IMG/VR virus record: IMGVR_UViG_3300036760_000522 | Span: 1-64,000 of that record | Reading direction: 5' to 3' (one strand) | DNA: 64,000 bases | In this document: piece after piece, positions 43,976 through 55,500 of the stretch | Numbering within the stretch: the stretch's first letter is position 1 | Layout of the letters: every line of letters starts with the position of its first letter | Notes under the pieces: model-generated | Seen by the model: only the letters and a program-made list of their open reading frames with translations | Database searches by the model: none | What the model was told of the DNA's origin: nothing | Program-made: the position numbers and the translations under genes

Positions 43976-44770
43976 TCAGTCCTCAGCAAATTGAAGACAA
44001 GCTTGCAGGACCCCGCTGGCGGTTGTCTGAGCGCAAACAGCCCAGAACAAGCAAGCATCACTTTGGACGTCTGGGATTTGCTCTAGATCTAAGAGAGCAT
44101 CCAGAAGTCGAGGGGCGGAGCCGTACGCCAGAATTGGAAGAGCCACCAACGGTTTGAAAATCGTGATTCCGAAGTTCCCCGCTATTCCCGTCGTCGCTAA
44201 GACAGTGGCAGACGCAACTGCTTGGACGGCTGTGTCCCCCTGCTGTAGTGTAAATGGGATAAGACGCCCGACTTCTCGGTTGTTGGTGGCGCCGAACACA
44301 GAAGCCAGTGTCGTGCGTCCAGTTGTGCCAGCTTGATTTGTATAGCTGGCTGTGATGGTCGTAGCAGTAGTCCCGATGATCGTGTAGATTTCGTAAGCGG
44401 CTATTGCACCTGTTGTGTAACGAGTCAACGCAGCTGTCGGAAGGTTGGTTGTTTGAGCCGTCGTAGTAGTGCCTGAGAGACCACCTTGATGGGAAAGCCG
44501 ATCACACAAGACCAACATGCCCCCACTTGCGAGCGACAACACGTACTCGAGAACACGCAACGTTGTGGCCGAGTTGCCTTGTTCTAGAGCACCCGTTGTT
44601 GCATTGGTAGGAACAGCTGCCGTCGTCGGTGCAGCCCCTGCCAGTGGAGCTGTTGCCCAAAGCGAGTACCACTGCCCTGCGACTGTCGTCAGCGAGTTTT
44701 TGGTAGTGTGTCGACTCTGATACGGTGCTTGACGTTTGGTCGTGTATGTTGAGAAGTCCGTAATCGCCAT
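43976..44770 (-). CDS. putative structural protein, paralog of 44772-45611
   Basis: shared VPTNAT.GAL, DRL.H.GGLSGTTTTAQT, GDT.VQAVAS blocks. Confidence 0.7.
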   Translation of the reverse strand: MAITDFSTYTTKRQAPYQSRHTTKNSLTTVAGQWYSLWATAPLAGAAPTTAAVPTNATTGALEQGNSATTLRVLEYVLSLASGGMLVLCDRLSHQGGLSGTTTTAQTTNLPTAALTRYTTGAIAAYEIYTIIGTTATTITASYTNQAGTTGRTTLASVFGATNNREVGRLIPFTLQQGDTAVQAVASATVLATTGIAGNFGITIFKPLVALPILAYGSAPRLLDALLDLEQIPDVQSDACLFWAVCAQTTASGVLQACLQFAED

Positions 44771-44771
44771 C

Positions 44772-45611
44772 TCAGCGCTCGCTCATGTTGAGTCCGTACA
44801 TGATTTGCGGCACGGTCGTCGTGTTGGCCAACCAGGCGAACGCGAGACACGCGTTGGTCAGGACTTCTGAGAAGCCCCCCGATCTGGCTAGTTGTAGGAT
44901 CCCTCCTACGCCCAAAACTGAAATTGGAATCGCGTACAATGGGCGAACGATCGATACTCCAAAGTTGCCAGCTGTTCCTGTCGTCGCCAGAACTGTGACG
45001 CTTGCCACAGCTTGAACTCCAGTGTCGCCGGCCGCCAACGTCAGGGGAATGATTCGTTGGGCTTCGTTGAGACCTGTTCCCCCGATTGCCACAGCTTGCG
45101 AAGTGACTCCGCTGGTTCCTCCCTGATCTGTGTAACTGGCTGTGACGGTTGTAGCAGTGCCGCCGATGGCAGTGTAGATTTCGACGAAAATTTGGTTACC
45201 GACGCTAGCCGTGCTCGTGTAGCGAGTCAGGGATCCACCAACGGTTTGTGCGGTTGTAGTAGTGCCTGACAGTCCTCCGATGTGGAGCAGTCGATCGTAG
45301 AGGATGAGAGTACCGGCCGCGTTTGCCGTCGCCCAACCACCCGTCAACCACTTCTGTCTACCGCCCCCAGGGTTCGTTTGCTTGAGGGCTCCGTCAGTAG
45401 CGTTGGTGGGCACTGAAACGGCTCCTGGGGCCACTCCGTGGGCAGGACTGCCGTTGTATTGCCAGAGGGAAGTCAGCCTCCCGGCAACTGGTGCTTGGGC
45501 AGCAGCGGCTCCGACGCGGTTGTCTTTCCAGCCAATGATCGCTTCAGGCGTACCGGAGTTTCCTCCAGTTGCTCGATTTACAAGTTCTGACAGATCGGCA
45601 AATGCTGACAT
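44772..45611 (-). CDS. putative structural protein, paralog of 43976-44770
   Basis: tandem paralog with the same conserved blocks. Confidence 0.7.
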   Translation of the reverse strand: MSAFADLSELVNRATGGNSGTPEAIIGWKDNRVGAAAAQAPVAGRLTSLWQYNGSPAHGVAPGAVSVPTNATDGALKQTNPGGGRQKWLTGGWATANAAGTLILYDRLLHIGGLSGTTTTAQTVGGSLTRYTSTASVGNQIFVEIYTAIGGTATTVTASYTDQGGTSGVTSQAVAIGGTGLNEAQRIIPLTLAAGDTGVQAVASVTVLATTGTAGNFGVSIVRPLYAIPISVLGVGGILQLARSGGFSEVLTNACLAFAWLANTTTVPQIMYGLNMSER

Positions 45612-45668
45612 CTAGCGGTGTGGTCCCCTCCGACAATCCGGAGTTAATAAGCGGAAATCATTACGGAT

Positions 45669-45686
45669 ATGACTCATATGAGTCAT
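45669..45686. promoter_or_regulatory. perfect 18-bp palindrome in divergent intergenic region
   Basis: ATGACTCAT|ATGAGTCAT. Confidence 0.55.
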
Positions 45687-45818
45687 GTTTGGAACTTTTC
45701 TCAGATCCAAGACAATAGCTATTGATTCCAATAAAGAACCCTGTACGTATCCTAGAGCCGCGGACCGCGGACCAAAACGGGGAAATCCCGAAGAGCTTAA
45801 AACCCTTTTGAATTTTCC

Positions 45819-48800
45819 TTGGTTGCGATGGCAACACTCGGGGTTCTGACAGTTGATTCGATTGTCGTCACCGACTCCTTGTCGGTGTGGTTGAAGGACG
45901 TTGTCGTTGGGGATGCGGTTTCGATTGCGGATACCGTTCAGCCTTGGCTGAAAGACGTTGTCCTCGCCGATACCATTTCGATCCCTGACATCGCGCTAGC
46001 AGCGTCTAGGATTTCAGCCCTCATCAAGTTTGCGCAAGGGGCGAATGTTGGTGTCGGCGGCGAAGCGTTTGTCGTTGCGACTGGAACAGCTGTCACGATC
46101 ACCAACTACGACAATACCCTTGTCGCGAGTTGGCAGATCGATTTGTATTACACGCCGCAAGGAAGTTCCGTCGAGCGGGCCGTACCTCACACCTTTAACA
46201 ACAGTAGCAGCACGCCTTCGGCCAGCGTCACGCCGGATGTCTCGGGCTCCTATCGCGTCCAGCTGACGGTTTGGGATACTGCCGGCAGGATTGGGGCCTC
46301 TAGCGTCGACATCCGCGTATTCGCTGTTCGTGAAGCTGGCCCACTAGCTTGGATCCGACCACCTGCACAAATCTACCCACTGTCGTTGCCTACGCCGGAA
46401 AGCAGTAGACCCAACGCAAAGCCGGAAGAACTGAATTTCGGTAACCAGCCGTACGGCTGGTCTGGTGCCCAGAACCAGGGTTTGATGGATGATATCCTTC
46501 GTCGCATTTCGGCGGAAGACTCAGTCTCTACGATCCTTTGGGTAGATGCCGGCACGGCTCTGTCGACAGCGTCTCAAGACGGAAGCATCGAGAAACCGTA
46601 CGCGACGGTTCAACAAGCGATCGATCATGGTGCCGCAAGTGCCTTAGTGAGCTGGCACATACAAGTCGCGTTTGGGGACTACTCGTCCCAAAGTCTGACG
46701 ATTCCGCAAGAGAAAGACTTTGTCATTGAGGGTCGTATCCGACGCGGCTTGATGACTTTGGGGTCTGTGACGTGGACGGTCACCGGAAACCAAACGTCTA
46801 GACTTGCGTTTCGACGTGTCATCGTCGGAAGCCTCAGTATCGCCGATGGTGCGGCGCCCGCAACGGATGCTGTCTTGTCGTTCGTCGATTCTCAGGCAGG
46901 TTCCATTACGACGCTTGGGACCAGTATTACGACAGTTGTTCTGGCGGGTGTCTCGCTGGCTAGTTTCGATGTGATCGCGACGCCTAACGTTGCCAGCATT
47001 GTAACAGGACCAGTCAACCTCCTTGGAACGCTGCTCGCACAAAACACACAGTTCCAGGCGACATGTACGTTACTGTCCGTCACAACCTTGTTGGCCGATG
47101 GCTCATCGTTTGAGCAAGACATCCGCGTTTCCAACACGGTTAGCCAGCTGCAAGCGTGCGTTTGGACAGCGAACGGGTTCGACATTGAGTTCACAGGCTC
47201 GGCTGGCATGTTCCACATGGATTCGAGCACGCTCGATTCCTTCCTTGATCACGCCGGCACGATTACGAACGGCAATGTCAGCTCGGACTACCAAGATTTG
47301 TCGGTTACTGGCTTCATCTCAGGTGGTGTTGTTCGTCGCGTTTCTGGACTCACGCTTTCGATCGCAGCAGGTTTCGGTAGTACGGTCCTTGGTACCTCTG
47401 CGACATATGTTGGTTGGATGGCAACGACAATTGCGGCTCCAACCAACACTAGTTTTCAGGTTTATGTCGATTCGACTGGTACGATCTTTTGTGGGACAGG
47501 ATCAGATCCAGAACAACACATCATCCTGTCCAAGGGATATGCGGACGGTTCGGACGTTATCGTCCTCAGTCGCTACGATCTCACAATTCGCCAACTGATT
47601 GCCAAACGTTTAGAATACGCCCGGGATGTCGTCGGACCTGTCACCGTCTCAGGGGTCGCAGCATCGATTTACTCCACACCGTCTCGCCAAGTCTCAGTTT
47701 CATCTGGTACATTTTACGTTGACCAGACACGTCTCACTGCCACGGCCTCAACCCCCATTACCTTCCGGTATTGGTACCGCAATGGCAGTGGTGGTTGGAC
47801 GACGATTGCCAATCAAATTCAGGTCGACAATGCACAGTATGACGACGGGGACGGAACGCGGGCGGCGATTCCAGCTTCGGCGTGGAAAAAAGACCTCTTG
47901 TTCGTTTCCGTGTCGGATGACGGCACTGAATACCATGTTGTTTACGGACAGGAGACATTTTCAACTCAAGGACTAGCAGAAGCAGGTGCCAATCCATTGC
48001 CGCCTGACCAAGTCCTACGAAGTGCTCTGCGAGTCGCGGGCATTGTCCTTCAACTCTCCGGCAATATCGCTAGCGTTGTCGACGCACGCCCATTCCTAGG
48101 GCAGCTCTCCACAGGCTCGACGAGCACGACCGACCACGGTTTGTTGTCTGGGTTGGGAGACGACGACCACACACAATACCTACTCACCAACGGTTCTCGT
48201 GCCATGTCGGGCGGTCTCGACATGGGCGCGAATGCCATCAGCAACGTTGGCACCGTAGACGGGGTCGATGTTTCTGCTCACGCGTCTCGACACAATCCGG
48301 GTGGAGCTGACGCTCTCGCTACTGCCACGGCAGCAACTGTTACAGATTCGACGAATGCGGAGGGATCCGCTACTTCCTACGCTCGATCTGATCACACACA
48401 TTCTCACGGTACCCGTGGCGGTGGGACGCTGCATGCGGCTGTTACGACATCGGTCGACGGCTTCATGTCTGCCGCGGACAAGGCCTTATTGGATTTGTTG
48501 GTCCCCGCCAGCAAGCGGCCGGTTCGGGCCGCTACCACAGCCAACATCACGTTGTCCGGAACTCAGACGGTCGACGGCGTTTCTCTGGTAGCAGGGAACC
48601 GTTGTTTGGTTAAGGACCAGTCTACTGGTGCAAACAACGGTATTTACAATGTTGCCTCTGGTTCGTGGACACGGACAATAGATTTCGACGTAGACGCAGA
48701 AGTTCGTGGTGGCCTATTGGTGCCGATTTCGGAAGGCACGGTGAACGGCGACCGTGTCGCGATGTTGACAACTAACGATCCCATCACAGTTGGGTCGACA

Positions 48801-49607
48801 ACGCTCACGTTTGCAATGACGCAGGTCCCCCCGCTGACTTCAACGGCTCCTGCTGATGTCACGAAAGCAGCCGCCGCAGTTGGCACTTCGACGTTAGCCG
48901 CTCGACAAGACCACAAGCACGACGTCACCACAGCTACAGTCCAGACGCTTACGGACTCAACGAACGCAGAAGGAACAGCGACTTCTTTAGCTCGGTCTGA
49001 TCACACACATTCACACGGCACCCGCGGTGGTGGAACCCTTCACGCCGATGCGACGACTTCCGTGTCAGGATTCTTGTCAGGGGCGGACAAGACCAAGCTC
49101 GACAACATGTTTTTCGGTCAGCGGCAGTTTGGTGGCGCTGACTTTGACGATCCGAACAGCTCGAACTGGACGATCAATGCAGCAGCTGCGTTGGCTGCGG
49201 ACTCAAGCAATGCGGGCCTAGTTGTCCGGAGATTTGATGACACAACGGAAGAGGGTGTGGGGTTTGACGTCTACCTGCCTGTTGGATCTACCAACATCAT
49301 ATTTCGTTTCGTTTCTAGAGCACAGACGGCTCCAGGATCCACACAAACAGTTCGACCTGTCCTGTACGTCCGGGAGATCCCAGACAACGCAGCGGTGGAA
49401 GCCTGGTCTAGCGCGACGTTGATGACAACGATTAGCATCCCCAACAATGCCAACTTTCAGTACGATTCACAAACGATCGCCTTGTCTACGTTGAGTCTCG
49501 TTGCTGGCCGTGTCGCACAGTTTGAGCTCACACGTCGAGGAACCGACGGCAGCGACTCCTTGTCGGGTGACTGGGTGCTTCAGACGTTGGTTGTTGAGTT
49601 CACTTAA
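45819..49607 (+). CDS. tail-fibre-like mosaic protein (1262 aa)
   Basis: G/S/T-rich beta modules; duplicated TDSTNAEG.A.S.ARSDHTHSHGTRGGGTLHA with HxH metal-binding fibre motif; V.AATTANITLSGTQT.DGV.L..G.R.LVK.Q module. Confidence 0.75.
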   Translation: MVAMATLGVLTVDSIVVTDSLSVWLKDVVVGDAVSIADTVQPWLKDVVLADTISIPDIALAASRISALIKFAQGANVGVGGEAFVVATGTAVTITNYDNTLVASWQIDLYYTPQGSSVERAVPHTFNNSSSTPSASVTPDVSGSYRVQLTVWDTAGRIGASSVDIRVFAVREAGPLAWIRPPAQIYPLSLPTPESSRPNAKPEELNFGNQPYGWSGAQNQGLMDDILRRISAEDSVSTILWVDAGTALSTASQDGSIEKPYATVQQAIDHGAASALVSWHIQVAFGDYSSQSLTIPQEKDFVIEGRIRRGLMTLGSVTWTVTGNQTSRLAFRRVIVGSLSIADGAAPATDAVLSFVDSQAGSITTLGTSITTVVLAGVSLASFDVIATPNVASIVTGPVNLLGTLLAQNTQFQATCTLLSVTTLLADGSSFEQDIRVSNTVSQLQACVWTANGFDIEFTGSAGMFHMDSSTLDSFLDHAGTITNGNVSSDYQDLSVTGFISGGVVRRVSGLTLSIAAGFGSTVLGTSATYVGWMATTIAAPTNTSFQVYVDSTGTIFCGTGSDPEQHIILSKGYADGSDVIVLSRYDLTIRQLIAKRLEYARDVVGPVTVSGVAASIYSTPSRQVSVSSGTFYVDQTRLTATASTPITFRYWYRNGSGGWTTIANQIQVDNAQYDDGDGTRAAIPASAWKKDLLFVSVSDDGTEYHVVYGQETFSTQGLAEAGANPLPPDQVLRSALRVAGIVLQLSGNIASVVDARPFLGQLSTGSTSTTDHGLLSGLGDDDHTQYLLTNGSRAMSGGLDMGANAISNVGTVDGVDVSAHASRHNPGGADALATATAATVTDSTNAEGSATSYARSDHTHSHGTRGGGTLHAAVTTSVDGFMSAADKALLDLLVPASKRPVRAATTANITLSGTQTVDGVSLVAGNRCLVKDQSTGANNGIYNVASGSWTRTIDFDVDAEVRGGLLVPISEGTVNGDRVAMLTTNDPITVGSTTLTFAMTQVPPLTSTAPADVTKAAAAVGTSTLAARQDHKHDVTTATVQTLTDSTNAEGTATSLARSDHTHSHGTRGGGTLHADATTSVSGFLSGADKTKLDNMFFGQRQFGGADFDDPNSSNWTINAAAALAADSSNAGLVVRRFDDTTEEGVGFDVYLPVGSTNIIFRFVSRAQTAPGSTQTVRPVLYVREIPDNAAVEAWSSATLMTTISIPNNANFQYDSQTIALSTLSLVAGRVAQFELTRRGTDGSDSLSGDWVLQTLVVEFT

Positions 49608-49616
49608 GGGGGAACA

Positions 49617-50318
49617 ATGGCTATTGATTTTGAGGCTGGAAACACCGATAACTTTTTGCTTAGCGCATCAATCTCTACATTTCAAAACGTGAGTGGTGCG
49701 ACACTCATGTGCTGGTATCTTGGAGAGAGCCTGGCCAACACTGAGGACTACATCGTACATTTCTCGACAACGAACAATATACAGTCACGCTGCGGTATTG
49801 GCCGACGAAGCGGTTTATTTCGCGCAAGCGCGCGAAGGTTAGACGGGGATTTGGTCACCAATTTAGATGGGGCAACTAGCCCGTCAAATGGTGTGTTGTA
49901 TCACTTAGCAGTTACATACAATTTCACAGGTCAATCACTTATACTTTACGTGAATGGGGCACAAGATGGCTCAGCAGCACCTTCGTCTTGGACGGGAAAC
50001 ACGAGCAACACCGCGGGGACAGGCCGGATAGGTACAAGGGCTGACGGATCGGCAACCAACGATATGGATGGCGTCTTGGAAGACGTTCGTGCGTATAACC
50101 GTGCTCTTTCCGCTGAAGAAGTCAATACCATTTACCAAGCCCGGGGACGTGACAAGATAGTAAACGGATTGTTGCATAGGTATAAAATGATCGAGGGGTC
50201 CCCCGGTTCTGCTGCAAGCACAATCGTGGATATTGGATCTTTGAAAATAGACGGTTCTGCGTCTGGAACACCAGCCTACGTTACATCGTTGATAGCCAAT
50301 CGACATCGTCGAGGGTAG
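49617..50318 (+). CDS. LamG/concanavalin-like domain protein (receptor-binding candidate)
   Basis: HLAVTY...LYVNG...IG...DG.LEDVRAYNRALS.EEV. Confidence 0.85.
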   Translation: MAIDFEAGNTDNFLLSASISTFQNVSGATLMCWYLGESLANTEDYIVHFSTTNNIQSRCGIGRRSGLFRASARRLDGDLVTNLDGATSPSNGVLYHLAVTYNFTGQSLILYVNGAQDGSAAPSSWTGNTSNTAGTGRIGTRADGSATNDMDGVLEDVRAYNRALSAEEVNTIYQARGRDKIVNGLLHRYKMIEGSPGSAASTIVDIGSLKIDGSASGTPAYVTSLIANRHRRG

Positions 50319-50323
50319 GGAAC

Positions 50324-51043
50324 ATGGGAACAGTTCTTCATCGAGTTACACTTGAGCTGCTTGAGAGTGTCAACACACCTGATTTCAATCCAGGTCTTTA
50401 TCTGGTCAATCCAGATCTCAGCGCAGTTATTGGACAGCCAAAAAAGTATTGGAAAGTTGTCGGATCGAATGTCGTACTAAAAACTCTGCCTGAGCAGGCT
50501 ACTGCCGATAAGCAGGAATTACCTGCGACCAAGAGACAGTTGTTAGACGCTGTTGATTCCAAATCCGAAGCTTTGATCACTGACGGTCCGGGTCTCGAGC
50601 ACCCAATTGGTAGCGGGAAATTCATCAGCATGAGCATGGGGGCGCAGCTCAAGTGGATCGGTTGGCAGGACATCGCAGACGACTGGACTTCGTTGGGTCT
50701 TCCTTATCCGTTTCGAGTTCGTACCCGTTATGATGATGACTTCATCGAGATCCAGAATGCTGCTGAAGTGAAGGCTGTACTTGGCGAGATGGCACAGTTG
50801 ATAGCTAAGATTTTGACTGAAGCGGAGTACGTCAAGGCGGCTATTGTGAAGGCTACAACACTGACTGACGCTGAGTCCGCTGCTGACAAGTATTTGGAAG
50901 CGACCACCCATCAGTTGCTCTTGTCTGACCTCGTCGACATGACCGATGACGTGGCAGTAGTCCTAGAGGTTCTATTTGATGCGATTGAGATCACAGATCT
51001 CGTAACGAATTTGCTCACGAATTTGCTCACGATTCAAATTTGA
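50324..51043 (+). CDS. putative tail-fibre accessory/assembly protein
   Basis: position after fibre genes; helical composition. Confidence 0.5.
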   Translation: MGTVLHRVTLELLESVNTPDFNPGLYLVNPDLSAVIGQPKKYWKVVGSNVVLKTLPEQATADKQELPATKRQLLDAVDSKSEALITDGPGLEHPIGSGKFISMSMGAQLKWIGWQDIADDWTSLGLPYPFRVRTRYDDDFIEIQNAAEVKAVLGEMAQLIAKILTEAEYVKAAIVKATTLTDAESAADKYLEATTHQLLLSDLVDMTDDVAVVLEVLFDAIEITDLVTNLLTNLLTIQI

Positions 51044-51068
51044 GCGGTTGGGGAAGGTCTGGTGCGTA

Positions 51069-51932
51069 GTGAAAGCCTTAGTGCTCAGTGGTGGAGGGTC
51101 GAAGGGGGCGTATGAGGTCGGAGCGATCTACCATCTGTGTGTAGTCGCTGCTCGAACCTATGACGTGATTTGTGGAGTTTCTGTAGGCGCTCTGAACGGC
51201 GCTTTTTTGGCCCAGTGGAAAGCTGGGGATGAAACCACAGGAGCTATGAAGCTCGACGACTTCTGGGCGACCATCAACCAGTCCAAAGTCTACAAGGCTT
51301 GGTTCGGTGGATACTTGGCGGCCCTGTGGAAACCGAGTCTTTACAATTCCAAGCCACTGCATGATTTGGTGCACAATAATTTGGACGCTGAGGCTGTTCG
51401 TCGCAGTGGTAAGCTCCTGCGTGTTGGAGCAGTTGACCTCAACACAGGTGAATATAGGCTGTTTGACGAACGACATCCAAAGCTTTGGGACGCAGTCCTA
51501 GCAAGCGCTGCCTATCCCGCGATTCTGTCTCCCGTAAAATTGGAATCGGGCCTTTGGATTGATGGAGGCGCGCGAGACATCACACCTCTTGGTGCTGCGA
51601 TACAACTAGGTGCAACAGATATCGACGTTGTCATGGCCTCTCCGTCGGCTGTGAAGCCTAGGAAAGCCCAAGGCATGAACGCGATCGACATTGCTTTTCG
51701 GGCTATCGACATTTTGACGGACGAGGTCAATCGAGGAGACCTGGCCAAGGCGCAGCTCTACAATCAACTGGTTGAGAGCGACCAACGCCCTGACAAGCGT
51801 TACGTGAAACTCACGGTCATCAGGCCGGATACCGAACTCACCAGCAATTCGTTTGACTTCTCTCCGAGCCTCCTCGCTTCGATGCGGAAGCGAGGTTACG
51901 AGGACGCAGATCGTGCCTTGTCCCGTGCTTGA
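51069..51932 (+). CDS. patatin-like phospholipase
   Basis: VLSGGGSKG, GVSVG (GxSxG), IDGG. Confidence 0.9.
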   Translation: MKALVLSGGGSKGAYEVGAIYHLCVVAARTYDVICGVSVGALNGAFLAQWKAGDETTGAMKLDDFWATINQSKVYKAWFGGYLAALWKPSLYNSKPLHDLVHNNLDAEAVRRSGKLLRVGAVDLNTGEYRLFDERHPKLWDAVLASAAYPAILSPVKLESGLWIDGGARDITPLGAAIQLGATDIDVVMASPSAVKPRKAQGMNAIDIAFRAIDILTDEVNRGDLAKAQLYNQLVESDQRPDKRYVKLTVIRPDTELTSNSFDFSPSLLASMRKRGYEDADRALSRA

Positions 51933-51943
51933 CTGGCTAGCGT

Positions 51944-52537
51944 ATGAGTGCATTTGGCAGCGCCCACTGGGGGAGGAACTGGGGCGACGGAGGCTCTGCG
52001 GATGAGCTTGTCGAAATCACAGCGCAAGATTCCGTTTCGGTCACAGACCAGCTGCTCGCGCTCGACGTCGAAATCAACGACCTCGATGAAGCGTTTGAGA
52101 TGGAGGACGACGTCCTCTCAGAGATCCAGACGTTCTTGGTTCAAGTCAACGACACGATCTCGGTCAGTGACGAGCCGTCTACAGCGATAGACTACACACG
52201 ACTCGTTGAAGACGGAGTTTCTACTACAGATACTGTTACGGTTATTTTTGTCTTTGTGTTTGACCGTGGAGTTCAAGACGCTGTCGACGTAACGGATCAA
52301 ACAACTGTAGAGACATTTACCAATTCAATCGAGGTCCTCACTGCTTTAGACGCAGTGGACATTGTTGACGTTGTAGCGTTTGTGACTGGGGGAACGACCA
52401 GCGTGCTGATCTTGGAAGATCAGCTGGTCGTCTTTCGATCCGACTACATGAGAAGAGACCGATCCGTGGCGGGGTCCTCCACACTCACTACAACCTTCAC
52501 TGAAACCATTTTGACCTACTACGAGGCGGCGGAATAG
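51944..52537 (+). CDS. acidic repeat protein (short member of the fibre-like family)
   Basis: same D.(I/V)SV.D repeats. Confidence 0.65.
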   Translation: MSAFGSAHWGRNWGDGGSADELVEITAQDSVSVTDQLLALDVEINDLDEAFEMEDDVLSEIQTFLVQVNDTISVSDEPSTAIDYTRLVEDGVSTTDTVTVIFVFVFDRGVQDAVDVTDQTTVETFTNSIEVLTALDAVDIVDVVAFVTGGTTSVLILEDQLVVFRSDYMRRDRSVAGSSTLTTTFTETILTYYEAAE

Positions 52538-52538
52538 C

Positions 52539-55500
52539 ATGTCCTCGCCTAGTTTTCTTGATGTCTCGGCCCACGTAACCGGTACGACAGGAACGACACG
52601 TACTCCGGACGCGTCGGGGTTTGGACTGGCCGCCGACAACATCCTGTGGTGCTACGTCAATTTACGATTCAGTGGTTGCTCTACGGCCACTGTTACGATG
52701 CCGGCCGCACAGAACTGGAGCCTAGCCAGCGACCAGTCACGGGGCACTAACGCACGGTCGTTGCTCTATTGGAGGCGGTGGGGAGACGGGACCGACGATA
52801 CAACCCCTACCGTAACGGTCACCACAGGCGGGCTCTGGGGCGCCACCCTGGCGGCTTGGACGGGATGCAAGGAGACAGGAAACCCCTACGACGCCGTCAC
52901 AGAGGACCAGGAAACCACAGCTTCGACTACGATGACAGCCCAAGGGGCTACTTCTGACGGTATCGATCGGACTTCGACACGTTGGTTCTTTTCCCCTGAT
53001 GACAACAACCACGGCTCGCCGAGTGAGGGTACCCTCGCGTTTGGAGGTACGAGCTACCAAAACTCCTCTGGCGTCGGATATTCGACATCCTGCTCCTACT
53101 TGACGGGGGAGGTCTCTGGCGACGTTGGTACGGCCACCATGACCCAGGGCTCGAACGGCCCTGATACCTACAACTGGCACACGATCGTTCTTGCACCAAG
53201 TACCTACGATCCGTCGATTAGCGACGACACGATTTCGACGACAGACAGCGTCGCTGTTTCGATCGACTATGGTCGAAGTTCTTCAGACACGATTTCCGTA
53301 ACGGACTCCGTTGCTGTTTCACCGACGTTCGGACGCGCAGTTTCTGATGCGATTTCGGTCGTTACGGATCTCACAGTTGAACTGCTCACAACAACTATCA
53401 CTTACGACGTTACGGTTTCTGACGCGATCTCAGTCACGGACCAGTTGTTGGTCGAGACTGCTTTCCCAGAAGACGCGATTTCGGTCACAGATACAACAAC
53501 TACCAGTTTGGACTATGGGCGTTCTGCCAGTGACTCAATAGACATTGTCGACGAAACCGAGATTATGACAGCCAATCTGGATGTCATGGTCGAGGACACG
53601 ATCTCAGTCACCGACACAATTTCGATTGACTTGGTTTACGCCCGCACTGCCGACGACACAGTATCCGTCACAGATCAAACTTCTGTTGACTTGGTCTACG
53701 CTCGCGAGGCAAACGACGCGATTTCGGTTACCGAGGACACTCTTGCCGAGACCGCGTTCCCTCAAGATACGATTTCGGTCACGGACCAGTTCGCAGTTGA
53801 ACTGTCGTTTGATCGTTCAGCATCAGACACAATCGTAACGACAGATCAGATTCTCACGTCGGTCGAGTTTGACCGCTCAGCATCAGACGCGATTTCGACC
53901 ACAGATGAGACCTCGATTGCATTTGAGCGTGAAGCCAACGACACAGTTTCCGTAACTGATACGTCCACGACAAACGTCGAATACGAGCGTTTGGTTTCAG
54001 ACGCTGTTTCAATTGCAGATCAGACAACAACGGAACTCACGTTCAATCGTACGGCTTCCGATTCGATTGTGGCCACGGACACGACGACCGCGGAGCTTGA
54101 AAGCGGGGAGGTCGTAGGGATCGATGACGACATCGATGTAGACGTCGTCTACGGCAGGATCGTCAGTGACGTTGTTCCAGTAACTGACGATCTATCGGTT
54201 ACGACTTTCTACGACCGCACACTCTCGGATGTTGTCTCAGTAGCGGACCAGACACTGATCGAGACTGTCTTTCCAGAAGACTCGATTTCGATCGTTGACG
54301 CTGTCGCCGTGGGCTTCGTATTTGATCGGCTTCTTTCGGATGCAGTTTCCGTCACTGACACGACGCAGGTCAACGTTGAATTTGATCGGACCCTTGCTGA
54401 TACAGTTTCGGTCGTTGACGCAATCATTGTAGGGATCCAATTCGACAGGTTCGCGGATGAGGCAATCTCTGTCGCTGATTCAACGGCTATAACTGTCGAT
54501 CGGAGCCCGTCCGACACTGTATCGGTTACAGATGAGACCGCTGTCGCCGCCGACTATAGCCGGACACTCGTCGATGTGATCACGGTTGCAGATCAAGTCA
54601 CGTCCTCAGTCGAGTACGATCGCGTCGCAAGTGACACGATTTCTGCTGCCGACACGACGGCTGTCACTCTCACTTTCACGAGAACGGCTTCTGACACGGT
54701 TTCGGTTGCCGACCAGACAATGGTCGAAACCAGCTTTGACGCTGATGTCATCGACATCACGGACACTGTTGCGACAGCGGTTGACTACCAACGAACGCTC
54801 AGTGACACGATTTCAGTCAGTGATCAAACGACTGTCGAGAACGCGTTCCCAGAGGACACAATCTCCGTCACTGACGCAACGGTCGTCGACTTAGCCTACA
54901 ATCGCAAACCTGCGGACACGATCTCGACGACTGATAAGGCGTCTTGGTTCTTCTACTTGGGACTCAGTGATGCCGTTCTCGACAGTGACGTTGCTTACAC
55001 ATCGCTCACGTACGAGAAATCTGCGGCGGACACGATCTCGGTTACTGACCAAGCAACAGCGTCGCGGGAGTTGGGTCGCGTTGTTAGTGATACGATTTCA
55101 GTATCTGATACAACGACTATTGATCTCTATCGGATCATTTCCGTCACAGCTTCAGACACAGTCACTGTCGTCGACCAGACCACACCGGCAACCAGTTACG
55201 TTCGGAGTGCTCAAGACACGGTTTCAACGGCCGATACCGTAGCTGCTGGTCTCGAGTTCACACGCTCCGCCTCCGACACGATTTCAGTCACTGACACGTC
55301 GGCGACTTCAGTCAGCTTCTCGAGGACCGCCACCGACGCAATCGTTGTCACCGACACACTGACAGCGGAAACCAACTACGTTCGAACTGTCCAAGACACG
55401 ATTTCGATCACGGATCAAGTCGTTCGCAGCATTTCATTCGATCGTTCGGCTTCAGATGCGATCTCTGTCGCTGACGCAGCGACTGTCGCCCTCACGCTTG

